Positions 11,429-20,870 of a DNA stretch of 64,000 nucleotides are shown here, piece after piece. The notes below the pieces were generated by a model, which saw only the letters and a list, made by a program, of their open reading frames with translations, ran no database searches and was not told the DNA's origin. Made by a program: the position numbers and the translations under genes. The stretch is from assembly GCA_965222115.1 (NCBI GenBank), contig CBDCTJ010000001.1:576001-640000 (forward strand). The letters run 5' to 3'. This stretch comes from Planctomycetota bacterium (GTDB lineage: Bacteria; Planctomycetota; PLA2; JAEUHO01). The stretch's first letter is position 1. Each line of letters opens with the position of its first letter.

Positions 11429-13231
11429 ATGCGCGCGGTGCCGATCACCATTCCTGGACTGTTGTTGCCCGCGTTCGCGATGGGCGTTGTCGCTGTGGTG
11501 GCGTGCCTTGCAATGCCATGGGCCGTGGGAGCTGAGGACGAGGAACCCCAAGGCGTCCAGCTCGACTTCGAGTTCTATCGGCAACGCGTGGCCCCCGTCG
11601 TCCACCGCATCTGCGCTCCCTGCCATGCCAACCCGCGCAAGCGACTAGGAAAACACTTCCTACGACCGTCCGTGGGCCGCCGCGTGAAGGATCGCGATCA
11701 CAAGCGAAACTTCGAGACGATTTCTAAGTTCATTGAACCGGGGAATCCTGCGGCGTCGGTGTGGCTGCTCAAGCCCCTCGGTCCCCGTCAGGGCGGCGTT
11801 ACGCACGAGGGCGGACAACGCATCAACATGAACTCCGTTGAGTACGGGTTCATGGTGGACTTCATCAATGGTGCCAAGGTGCCGCCGCCCACCTTTCGAC
11901 CGCCCGAGACCACACCCGGACAACCCGATTTTCTCTACTACGTAGCCCACATTGCACCGCCACTCGCTGCCATTTGTGCCGAGTGTCATAAGGGCAAGGG
12001 CAAAGGGCGCATGAAACTCATTACGCACCCACCCCGCGCCGAGTTTCCGCTTGAAGACCACTTCAAGAACTATCAAACGGTGCTGAAACTCATCAAACCC
12101 GGTAAACCCGATACGTCGCGCTTTCTTCAAAAGCCGCTTGCCACAACCAGTGGCGGCCTGCGTCACAAAGGCGGCGACCACATACACCGCGACGATGAAC
12201 TCCATACCAAGTGGATCAAGTTCATTACGGGTGAACCGGGCCCCCCACTTGCGTCCAAGAACACCGATCTTGGGCACACGTTGCGGGCCACCGGATACAC
12301 GCTGGAAGCGGAGGCGTGTGCCATCGACGGCGATGCCGACATTGAAGAAGACAAGACAGCAAGCGGGTTCTTTACGGTGCGCGCAGGCACATCACAGGCA
12401 CACCTGCGCGCCGATTTGCGCGTCGAAGATGCAGGCAGCTACAAAATGATGCTCCGCGTTCGTCCATCGGACGCCAAATGGGGTTGGGGTCTTGAACCCG
12501 ACGGCCCTTCATCCACGTTCAAGGCCTCCGAAACCGCCGAGGTCGATGAAGCGGGGTTCATTTCCATCGGTCCCAATCACTTGACCGAGGGCAGCCAGCC
12601 CTTTGTGGATGCGCGCGGACCACTCACCTACGAAACGGTTTCAGAACAGAACAAGCCCGACCAGGTACGCATCACATTGGACGGACGTCAATCGGTCGCC
12701 GGGTGGCTCTCGCCCGTGGACGTCGAGCACACCGGTGCCGCATTGCATGTCACGCTCGCCGAAGAGGAATCGCGCGCCGACGACGCCGTATTGCTTTACC
12801 GCGCGCACGACCTCGACAACGGCGTGTTTCTGGCACTCACCGATGGCGGTCGTCGTCTAGTGATCGGCCTCTTGCGAAACGGTAAGCGGCAAGTGATCGA
12901 TTCTGCGAAGGCGGACGTGCCCACGCCGAAAGGCGAACCCACCGTCATCAGCCTCCAGTCGTATCAAGGCGTACTGGTGGGCAGCTTAAACGCGCGCCCC
13001 CGCGTGCGTATGCATCTCAAAAAGTCGCTTCGCGGAGGTCGCATTGGCGTACTCACGCGGGGTGTAGCCACCGTCCACAAACTCGCGGCGCTCGAAGAAT
13101 ACGAGGTCTATACCTCCTCGTGGGCACTCACGCCCACGATCTACTTGCCAGCCGGATTTCACGACCTACGCATTACCATTCCCCCGGGCGGCGTCATCGA
13201 TTCGATCACGTTTACGCCCGTACTCGACTGA
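11429..13231 (+). CDS. Exported di-heme c-type cytochrome with C-terminal beta-sandwich domains
   Basis: Signal peptide; two repeated domains with CAPCH and CAECH, each followed by KPL...HxGG. Confidence 0.8.
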   Translation: MRAVPITIPGLLLPAFAMGVVAVVACLAMPWAVGAEDEEPQGVQLDFEFYRQRVAPVVHRICAPCHANPRKRLGKHFLRPSVGRRVKDRDHKRNFETISKFIEPGNPAASVWLLKPLGPRQGGVTHEGGQRINMNSVEYGFMVDFINGAKVPPPTFRPPETTPGQPDFLYYVAHIAPPLAAICAECHKGKGKGRMKLITHPPRAEFPLEDHFKNYQTVLKLIKPGKPDTSRFLQKPLATTSGGLRHKGGDHIHRDDELHTKWIKFITGEPGPPLASKNTDLGHTLRATGYTLEAEACAIDGDADIEEDKTASGFFTVRAGTSQAHLRADLRVEDAGSYKMMLRVRPSDAKWGWGLEPDGPSSTFKASETAEVDEAGFISIGPNHLTEGSQPFVDARGPLTYETVSEQNKPDQVRITLDGRQSVAGWLSPVDVEHTGAALHVTLAEEESRADDAVLLYRAHDLDNGVFLALTDGGRRLVIGLLRNGKRQVIDSAKADVPTPKGEPTVISLQSYQGVLVGSLNARPRVRMHLKKSLRGGRIGVLTRGVATVHKLAALEEYEVYTSSWALTPTIYLPAGFHDLRITIPPGGVIDSITFTPVLD

Positions 13232-13323
13232 ATTCACCCATCGACGATACCCCGCCTCCGCGAATGGGTATCAGTCCTGGCACGCCACCCCGCCGCTGCT
13301 CGCCCCAGTTCAAAGGAGCCCCC

Positions 13324-14451
13324 ATGAACCACCGCCGAATCATCTTCATGTTGGCCGCTAGCATCGCGACTCTGGAATTCGCAGCACCCGGATTCTCGGT
13401 ATCCAGGGCGAGCGCCGAAGAAGGCGAATCGCTCCCGCCCACCACCGAGTTTTTTGAGACCCACGATCAGAATGCGGACGGCACCGTGACGCAAGACGAG
13501 TTTAGCGGATCGGGCGAAGTGTTTCGTCTGCTCGACAAAGACAAGGACGGCGCGATTACCGGACCGGACCTTGGCTTGCCTGTGGACTACAAGCCCGACC
13601 CGCGTGCTGTCGAACGCGCAAAGAAGCGCGCGCGAGGCATGGCGCCAGAGAACGGCACGGGTTCTGGAAGGCGCAACGCACCCAGTTCAATCCTGCAAGC
13701 CATTACAAAGATGGATGCCGATGGGGACGGCAAAGTCTCTAAAGATGAGTGGAAATTTCGACCGCAAGGCTTTGATCGATTAGATCGAAACCGCGATGGG
13801 TTTATCGACAAGCGCGAACTTAAGCGCGCTGGCGGAGCGGGTGCCGGCGGGGCGGCGCGGCGCATGGCCCAAGCCAAGAAACAATTTCAGCGCTTGGACG
13901 CAAACGGCGATGGCGGCATCGACGCCGAAGAGGCGCCCTATCCCGGTCTACTCAAACGCTTCGACACCGATGGCGATGGCAAAGTCACCATGGAAGAGTT
14001 TGCCAAGCGTCGCCAGCGAGGAAACAACCGCGGCAAGGCTCAAGGGAAGGCCAAGAACAACAGTGCAAAGCGAAAGGCCAAACGTCGCGGGCTCTCGCAG
14101 GGCATGCTGCGCCGTTTTGACTCCGATGCCGATGGCAAAGTCACGCTCGACGAATACCCCGCCAGCCCCGAGCGATTTGGAGAGCTCGACGCGGATGGTG
14201 ACGGATTCCTCACCGAGAAAGACATCGCAGCCGCCGCACCAAAGAAGGACGACGCCACAAAGGGTGCGCCGTCGTCCGACTTCGCCGCTCTGGACGGCGA
14301 CGGCGACGGACGTCTGCATCGCGGCGAGTTCAAAGGCACGGACAAGGAATGGACGGCCTTAGATGCGAATCAAGACGGTTGGCTTACGCCCGAAGAGTTG
14401 GCCAAGGGAGCGTCCACGCCTGACTCGCCGGCGCCGGCCCCAAGCAAATAG
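13324..14451 (+). CDS. Exported multi-EF-hand calcium-binding protein
   Basis: About 10 DxD/NxDGx(V/I/L)xxxE loops; AAGGAG RBS; signal peptide. Confidence 0.9.
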   Translation: MNHRRIIFMLAASIATLEFAAPGFSVSRASAEEGESLPPTTEFFETHDQNADGTVTQDEFSGSGEVFRLLDKDKDGAITGPDLGLPVDYKPDPRAVERAKKRARGMAPENGTGSGRRNAPSSILQAITKMDADGDGKVSKDEWKFRPQGFDRLDRNRDGFIDKRELKRAGGAGAGGAARRMAQAKKQFQRLDANGDGGIDAEEAPYPGLLKRFDTDGDGKVTMEEFAKRRQRGNNRGKAQGKAKNNSAKRKAKRRGLSQGMLRRFDSDADGKVTLDEYPASPERFGELDADGDGFLTEKDIAAAAPKKDDATKGAPSSDFAALDGDGDGRLHRGEFKGTDKEWTALDANQDGWLTPEELAKGASTPDSPAPAPSK

Positions 14452-14472
14452 AATCGACCGATCGTGCGCCCA

Positions 14473-15033
14473 CTATTCGAGTGACGGCAATCCGCTCTCG
14501 TCGCCACTGGGCGTGAGACTCCACGCCACAAGGCGATCGCGCTCGGCCTGCCATTTGTCACTGCAGCGCACCTGCAGAAACGTGTTGAAGCAGAGATCGA
14601 GGTCGGCAAGAAAGCGCTCCTGCGCATCCATAAAGAACTGCGCGCGATCTTCGATCGTCTCACCCTCCGGCGTGGGCAATCGCAGTGAAGACAAGCTCAA
14701 ATCTTCGCCCCGCAATGTGACGCGCACTTCCTCGTCGCCGCGCGCTACCAACAAGCGTGCAGCAGTTAGCAACTTTCCGGTGCGGAGCGCCGCGCGCGCT
14801 TCACGACTGGCACCGGGCATGCCCGCGCGAAGCGTCGTGCGTCGGGCGGCGCTGCGTTCGCCGCGGAACTCTAGGTGTTCGTCGAAGTGTACGAATACTT
14901 CCGTGCCATCTTCATGCACAAAGCGCGGTTCCACGTCGCCGCGAAACCAAAGCCACGTCAAAAACTCGGGGCCGAGGTACTCCATCCCCGCCGGCGTGGA
15001 GGCGGTCGCGTTCGCTTGGGGCGTGGCAATCAC
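14473..15033 (-). CDS. RdgC-like protein (second of pair)
   Basis: YLGPEFLTWLWF and EARAALRTGK motifs recalled from RdgC-like proteins. Confidence 0.6.
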   Translation of the reverse strand: MIATPQANATASTPAGMEYLGPEFLTWLWFRGDVEPRFVHEDGTEVFVHFDEHLEFRGERSAARRTTLRAGMPGASREARAALRTGKLLTAARLLVARGDEEVRVTLRGEDLSLSSLRLPTPEGETIEDRAQFFMDAQERFLADLDLCFNTFLQVRCSDKWQAERDRLVAWSLTPSGDESGLPSLE

Positions 15034-15740
15034 GAATGAAGCTCCTCACGCACGGTAGATACTGACGCGCTCGACGACGTGAGGCCGCGGGCAACAAACT
15101 CAGGCGGCGCGGCATGTTCGGTACTGTTTACGAAGTCGCTCCGCCGCAGGTCTTGAAATGACTCGCGGAGCGATGACGACGTGAGCAGTTCCTGACCCAG
15201 CGTCCACGGCGTGATGGGCTCAAGCTCGGCATCGAAGGTGTCTTGAAAGTGAAGACACGCGAGTTCATTGGCGGAGCGCGCCAGACTCAACACATGGGCA
15301 ACGCGCTTCTTCGTGTGAACGAGAATGGTGTAGGCATCGATGGTGGGATTGGTCAACCGCAACAGCTCTTTGTGGAGCCCCTCACGAAGCGAGCGCCGCT
15401 CTTCCCGAGGCAGGCGAAACTTCTTACCCGCGGCCTCCGCCTCCTTCCGGCGCCCGCGCAGTTCCAAATCCATCTGGGCGCGAAGGAGCCTTGCGTTGAC
15501 ACGCCGACGATCGATCCGCAGCGCGAGCGCGACGTACTCGCCGCACATTACGGGCCCCTCGTCGAATTCGGTGAGCAATAGATTCTCTGCACTCACCCAC
15601 CCATAGGCGCGCTCCTCGTTGGCTGTAAGCGCGCGAAACCGTCGCTCGTGAACCGCCTTTTGAAAGGCGTCACTATGAGGTGAGGGAACGGTGCCGTGAA
15701 TCCGGTACCGACGAAAGGACTGTGTGCGGAGCCTAAGCAT
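15030..15740 (-). CDS. RdgC-like recombination-associated protein (first of pair)
   Basis: FRAL...GWVS, ALRIDRRRV, RdgC-like N-terminal pattern; 4-nt overlap with partner. Confidence 0.6.
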   Translation of the reverse strand: MLRLRTQSFRRYRIHGTVPSPHSDAFQKAVHERRFRALTANEERAYGWVSAENLLLTEFDEGPVMCGEYVALALRIDRRRVNARLLRAQMDLELRGRRKEAEAAGKKFRLPREERRSLREGLHKELLRLTNPTIDAYTILVHTKKRVAHVLSLARSANELACLHFQDTFDAELEPITPWTLGQELLTSSSLRESFQDLRRSDFVNSTEHAAPPEFVARGLTSSSASVSTVREELHS

Positions 15741-15785
15741 GGGGGCAAGACCGTACGACCACCGGGTGACAACACGGAAGGCACC

Positions 15786-16586
15786 TTATTGCGAGCGGGA
15801 ACAGGTGTTTCGCAGTGCGTTCTCGTCGATCCAACGCTCCAATTCTCTGCTTTCCACCGGTTTTCCACAACGCGCTCGAAGGTAAGCGCGTGTCAAACGT
15901 CTCAATTCGAGAGGTCGAAGGGTTACGCGTAGATCCGTGGCGAGCGTTCTGATGTCAAAACGCTCATTCTTTCCGCGTAACCCCGATGACATGCCGCCCC
16001 TTCTACAATCGAGAAACCAAACGGCGCTTGCCGCGTCCCCCTCCTGCACGAGAATGTTGCGCGCGTGCAGATCGCGGTGGACAAATCCGAGTCTGTGCAT
16101 CGCGCCAACCGACGCGCCCAGTGCGCGCACCGTTTGCGCACGCTTCCACGACGACGTGAGCAGTGCGTCTTCCGGGTTCCTCGCACGCGCTGCGAGATCG
16201 GGTGCACCCTCGACCCATTCCGTCAGTAAGGCGTGAGCCACTAGCCTTCTGCTCGTGATCTTGGCCACGGCCATAATCGGACGCACGGCCTGAATGCCAT
16301 TCATTCGCAGCCAGTGGAGGTTGTCAAACTCGCGAATACAAGGCGCGGACCCATACAACGACCCGCGACCGATCAAACCGCGTGACGTTTTCCAACCGGG
16401 ATAGCGATAGCACTTCAAGTAGAAGCGCCTCGACGTTTGCTCGATGTCTAAATCAACCGTTGTCGTGTACGAACCGGGAGCGTCGTCATTCGCCAGTGCA
16501 AGAAACGACTCGGTATCGTGTATGCCGACACGCTTTAGCGCGCTCTGAAGCGCCACATCCACGCGCCACTGGGTAGTTCGACTCAT
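15786..16586 (-). CDS. Lipopolysaccharide kinase (Kdo/WaaP/InaA family)
   Basis: FYLKCY, REFDNL, HRDLHARNIL, WFLDC. Confidence 0.8.
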   Translation of the reverse strand: MSRTTQWRVDVALQSALKRVGIHDTESFLALANDDAPGSYTTTVDLDIEQTSRRFYLKCYRYPGWKTSRGLIGRGSLYGSAPCIREFDNLHWLRMNGIQAVRPIMAVAKITSRRLVAHALLTEWVEGAPDLAARARNPEDALLTSSWKRAQTVRALGASVGAMHRLGFVHRDLHARNILVQEGDAASAVWFLDCRRGGMSSGLRGKNERFDIRTLATDLRVTLRPLELRRLTRAYLRARCGKPVESRELERWIDENALRNTCSRSQ

Positions 16587-17420
16587 GTTGCGCACCGTTT
16601 TCTCCGAAATTGCGCTGCACACAACGTTGATTGCCCCTGAAACACGCATGAATCGCGGGTAAACGTTCAACTTGATACGATCGGCGCCGATCTGACGCAG
16701 AAATTCTCAATTTGAGAGTCACTTCGCGGTTCCTATACCCAAATCGAGTTCAATTCGCGTTGGGCATGAAAGTTGTATCGCGTGTACATGAAGTTGCGCG
16801 TTGTTTGGGCGTTCTCGTCCTGCGTGCGCAATGGTGCGAGCGTCGAGAACGCTTTCGTCATATCTGCAACATTCGTGGCATTTGTGATTCACGCGTTCCG
16901 CGCTGCTCGTCGCGCCCCAACGGGTCATGCGAGTGGTTGCAACGCTTCGCCGAACTTCACCCGTAGATGGTCGCACGTACCGCGACCCCCAGGATCGAGA
17001 GGTCGTGGGTCTGAGGGCAGAAGGCGTGGACGCGTGCCGACGGGCATGGTGCTGTGCCGGAGGGTTGGATTCAACCCGCGTCGCTCGGAGGGTGAACGGC
17101 GAATCGCGGCACCGCGGAAGTCGGGAAGGGCTTCCGGTTCGGATGACTCCCGTCCAGCGTTTCGAAGGCGAAGTCGTCTTGCAAAGGCGAAATTTGTCGA
17201 ACTTGCTGGGCCGGCGAGGGCAGCAACGGGCAGTTGGACATCGTCGCGAAGTGGTTGGCCACCGCGCGCACTGACTGCACGGGCGTCATCGTTATGACGC
17301 TCACACCTCGATTCGCTCGATGTGAATCGCCCCGTCCGATGCGATGGGGCCGTTCGGGGTTCGCCCTGTTCCGTGAGGTGCGTTCAATTCAAATTCTGGC
17401 TAGGTTTAGGAGACCGCCGT

Positions 17421-17801
17421 ATGGCTGCACGTAGAAAGAAGGGACGCCGCAAGAAGAAGGCGACCCGCAGAAAGAAGGCGACACGCCGCAAGAAGGCACG
17501 TCGTAAGAAGAAGGCAACGCGCAAGAAGAAGCGTCGTCGCAAGAAGAAGGCGACACGCCGCAAGAAGCGTCGCAAGAAGAAGGCGCGTCGCAAGAAGAAG
17601 CGCCGCAAGAAGAAGGCTCGTCGCAAGAAGAAGGCGACACGCCGCAAGAAGCGTCGCAAGAAGAAGGCGACACGCCGCAAGAAGAAGCGTCGTAAGAAGA
17701 AAGCACGTCGCAAGAAGAAGGCAACACGCCGTAAGAAGCGTCGTAAGAAGAAGGCTCGCCGTAAGAAGAAGGCCCGTCGCAAGACGACGCGCCGTAGGTA
17801 G
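17421..17801 (+). CDS. Histone H1/protamine-like basic protein (126 aa, ~80% K+R)
   Basis: AGGAG RBS, ATG at 17421, repeats of KKKA(T)RR, followed by a terminator. Confidence 0.8.
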   Translation: MAARRKKGRRKKKATRRKKATRRKKARRKKKATRKKKRRRKKKATRRKKRRKKKARRKKKRRKKKARRKKKATRRKKRRKKKATRRKKKRRKKKARRKKKATRRKKRRKKKARRKKKARRKTTRRR

Positions 17802-17853
17802 TGCCGCTTAGAGACGCTCGCGTTCAGCGAACGTGGGCGTTTCTCCTCTTCTC

Positions 17854-17887
17854 AAACCGCCCGGTACGTTACCGGGCGGTTTTTTTT
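17854..17887 (+). terminator. Rho-independent terminator
   Basis: AAACCGCCCGGTA-CGT-TACCGGGCGGTTT hairpin plus T-run. Confidence 0.85.
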
Positions 17888-18104
17888 ACTCATGAAGATG
17901 CCCAGAGCCTTCGTTTCTCACGTTTCGATTCACAAGGGCGCGCATCGCCAAGTACGGGAATAGCGCGATTCCCCCTACGGACACCATGCGGGGCCACATG
18001 GGGGGTTCGAAACGATCAAAGAGATTCGCCAGCAACACACAGGCGACCGTGAACAGGCCGCACGTCCCAACAAATATGCGTGTTCTATGGCCGTGGCTGG
18101 GCAT
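17886..18104 (-). CDS. Possible small 2-TM membrane protein
   Basis: 72-aa ORF with two hydrophobic segments downstream of the NtrC-type gene. Confidence 0.4.
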   Translation of the reverse strand: MPSHGHRTRIFVGTCGLFTVACVLLANLFDRFEPPMWPRMVSVGGIALFPYLAMRALVNRNVRNEGSGHLHE

Positions 18105-19620
18105 CGGTTGGCCCTTCACCTGACTCGCCAGGCTCTGCACCTTCTTCGGCGGCCTTACGCTCGGCCTCCTTGGCGGCGTCGGCCTCCATTTCGCGCAGGC
18201 GGCGATAGAGCGTGGCCTTTCCAATGCCAAGAATCGATGCAGCGGCTTCGCGGTTGCCGCCCACCGCCAACAAGGTCTGTCGAATCGCTTCACGTTCCAA
18301 CGTGCTGAGTCGTTGGCCTACGCGAAAAGGAATCACCTCGGGCGCTGGGACGTCTTCATTGCCGACGTAATCTTGAATGGCGCGAGGCAAATCGGCTGGC
18401 ACCAACACGTCGCCACGGGCAAGCACCACAGCGCGTTCGATCGCATTTTCCAACTCGCGCACATTCCCGGGCCAGTTATAGACCTGAATAGCGCGAATCA
18501 CTGACTCGTCCATGCTCTTGGGACCGTCGCGGCCCGTGGCTTCAAGCACTTTGGCGAGGTAATGGTCGGCAAGCAGAATCACATCGCCCGGGCGTTCGCG
18601 TAAGGGCGGCACGTGAATCGAAATCACATTGAGGCGCCAATAGAGGTCCTCGCGGAAGCGTCCTTCGCGTACTTCGGCTTCGAGGTCGCGATTGGTGGCT
18701 GCGATCACGCGCACGTCGGTGCGGATGGTTTCACTGCCTCCCACGCGTTCAAACTCGCCTTCTTGCAATACGCGCAAGAGCTTGACCTGGAGCGGCAAAC
18801 TGAGTTCGCCAATCTCATCCAGAAAGAGCGTGCCGCCGTGGGCGAGTTCAAATCGACCCTTGCGCTGTTCATGGGCCCCGGTGTAGGCCCCCTTCTCATT
18901 GCCAAAGAGCTCGGATTCGAGCACACCTTCGGCCAGCGCGGCACAAGCCACCTTAATCAGCGGCCCATTCGCGCGCTCGCTCTGGGCGTGAATCTCCTCG
19001 GTGAGTAACTCCTTACCGGTGCCGCTTTCACCAAGCAGCAGTACCGTGCTGGACACCGGCGCAACGCGTTCGATGACGTCGAGCACGGAACAAAACGAAG
19101 GGCTGGCGCCAATGAGCGGTTTGCGAGATGCACTAGGCGCTCCATGCCCGTTGGAACCACCGTTTTTGCCACCATTCGCTCCGTTGGCGTCATCGGCACC
19201 ACGATTGACGGAACGGGACGCGTCACTCGCGACCTTTGGCCGCTCCGAGATGGCGCGTTTTATCGCGCGACGCACATCGCGAAGTCGAATGGGCTTTTCT
19301 AGTACGTCACACACGCCGCGGCGGACGGCTTTTACGGCCGTGTCTACGCTCGCGAACGCCGAAATCAAAATTGCCGACACGTCGGGCTGCACAACGCGCA
19401 GGCCCTCCAAAAACCCCAGGCCATCCAAGCCCGGCATCTTGAGGTCGGTAAGCACCAAGTCGAGATCGTGGTCCTGCGCTAGCGTAAGTGCGGCATTGCC
19501 CGTCTCCGCCGTGAGAACGGTGTAGCCATCGCGTTGCAGCGCGCGTCCCAATGACTCACGCGTGTTGCGGTCATCGTCCACGATCAGAATCGTGCGGTCG
19601 GTGTCGAGTGTTCGAACCAA
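18085..19620 (-). CDS. Sigma54-dependent NtrC-family response regulator
   Basis: REC (ILIVDDD, TDLKMP), [31 protein letters not shown], Fis HTH. Confidence 0.96.
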   Translation of the reverse strand: MVRTLDTDRTILIVDDDRNTRESLGRALQRDGYTVLTAETGNAALTLAQDHDLDLVLTDLKMPGLDGLGFLEGLRVVQPDVSAILISAFASVDTAVKAVRRGVCDVLEKPIRLRDVRRAIKRAISERPKVASDASRSVNRGADDANGANGGKNGGSNGHGAPSASRKPLIGASPSFCSVLDVIERVAPVSSTVLLLGESGTGKELLTEEIHAQSERANGPLIKVACAALAEGVLESELFGNEKGAYTGAHEQRKGRFELAHGGTLFLDEIGELSLPLQVKLLRVLQEGEFERVGGSETIRTDVRVIAATNRDLEAEVREGRFREDLYWRLNVISIHVPPLRERPGDVILLADHYLAKVLEATGRDGPKSMDESVIRAIQVYNWPGNVRELENAIERAVVLARGDVLVPADLPRAIQDYVGNEDVPAPEVIPFRVGQRLSTLEREAIRQTLLAVGGNREAAASILGIGKATLYRRLREMEADAAKEAERKAAEEGAEPGESGEGPTDAQPRP

Positions 19621-19813
19621 GAGAATCCTCGCCGAAGAGTGTAACGTCCGGCGGCATTATGTGTGTGGGGTACCCCCGTGGTCACTTCCAATTAGCTCTT
19701 GGTCAGGTCCGCGGGACTGCGTGATAGCGAACTCGCGCGCTACGTAGCCGACCACTGCGCTGGCATCGAACCATCGAGGCCGAGCTGGAGATGCAAGTCG
19801 TTGACGTCAATCA

Positions 19814-20653
19814 TCACTTGCCCAGGGGGCGCTTAGTGTATCGGTGAATAGAAACTGGCAATATGTCGATGGACGACTCAAGAGAAATGTCGGAACTGAG
19901 CTTTTTCCGCCGGCCCAACCGAGGAAGCTGCTTGGGTGAAGGGCCATAAATCGGACGCTGGCTCAGATAGGTGCTTCCATTGAAGGCCGAGATCACATAG
20001 GTCAGAAATTGCGAAGGAAACACATCCTCAAGGGCGGGTTCCTCAATGCCCAATCGGCCAAAGTCGTCCTCGGTCACAAGTATGAGATTGGTATCCGTCG
20101 CCGTGACAAGTCGGTAGTTCCGTTCATGAGCCAACTCCACGAGGGCCCTCGCCGATGCACCAAACGGCCCGCGCCCCGCTTGCTGCACCATGGACACCGA
20201 CGGCGGAACGGTTGGGTTGAATTCAATCACCAAGCAGCGTGGGCGCAGCTCCTTTAGGTTGGCAAACAGATGGTAGTCATCGCCGTCGATGTCGATCGAC
20301 AGCAGATCGAGGTCCTTAGGAACACCGCGCGGTACAAGCAATGCGTCGAGTGCATGCTCGCCCGTTGGTGTTGCAAGCGCGTGAATAACTTGCACGGAAG
20401 GAAACTCGGCGGTGCTTTCGCGGAGTGCCTCACAACGATCCCTCTCGCATTCAATCAATGCCGCCGACCAGCCCTCGTTGTGCCAAAGCTGCCACACATT
20501 GCTAAGGTATTTTCCATCCCACGCACCTAACTCGACGCAGTATTTGTTTCGTATTCCCATACGGGAGAATACTTCTTTAAGAACTCCGTCTTCTCCCGAC
20601 TGGGACGTGACGGAACTACGACACTCATTGAACGGGGTGTTGAGGCTTTGCAT
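19814..20653 (-). CDS. FkbM-like SAM-dependent methyltransferase
   Basis: SQSGEDGVL, CVELGAWDG, DLLSIDIDGDDY, IEFNPT. Confidence 0.8.
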   Translation of the reverse strand: MQSLNTPFNECRSSVTSQSGEDGVLKEVFSRMGIRNKYCVELGAWDGKYLSNVWQLWHNEGWSAALIECERDRCEALRESTAEFPSVQVIHALATPTGEHALDALLVPRGVPKDLDLLSIDIDGDDYHLFANLKELRPRCLVIEFNPTVPPSVSMVQQAGRGPFGASARALVELAHERNYRLVTATDTNLILVTEDDFGRLGIEEPALEDVFPSQFLTYVISAFNGSTYLSQRPIYGPSPKQLPRLGRRKKLSSDISLESSIDILPVSIHRYTKRPLGK

Positions 20654-20870
20654 GTGGCGCCAAGATACCAAGCAAAGGCACGATCCTCACATTTGACGCG
20701 TTTCGTCGAGCGCGTGTCAAGTGTGTTGCGATGCATGGAACACGGCGGACGAGGGACAGCTTGTCCATCGTGACGCGAGATTGGGCATTATCTACAATCC
20801 AATACATGAAACGAGGCTCATTGGGATGTGCCATGATGCCCGGCGCTTTCGCATCCATACTCGGATGCCG

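Noticed and set aside
17384-17782. Antisense F/L/R-rich and S/C/D-rich ORFs over the K/R repeat
   Set aside because: Shadow frames of the repeat; the RBS and terminator support the plus-strand gene.
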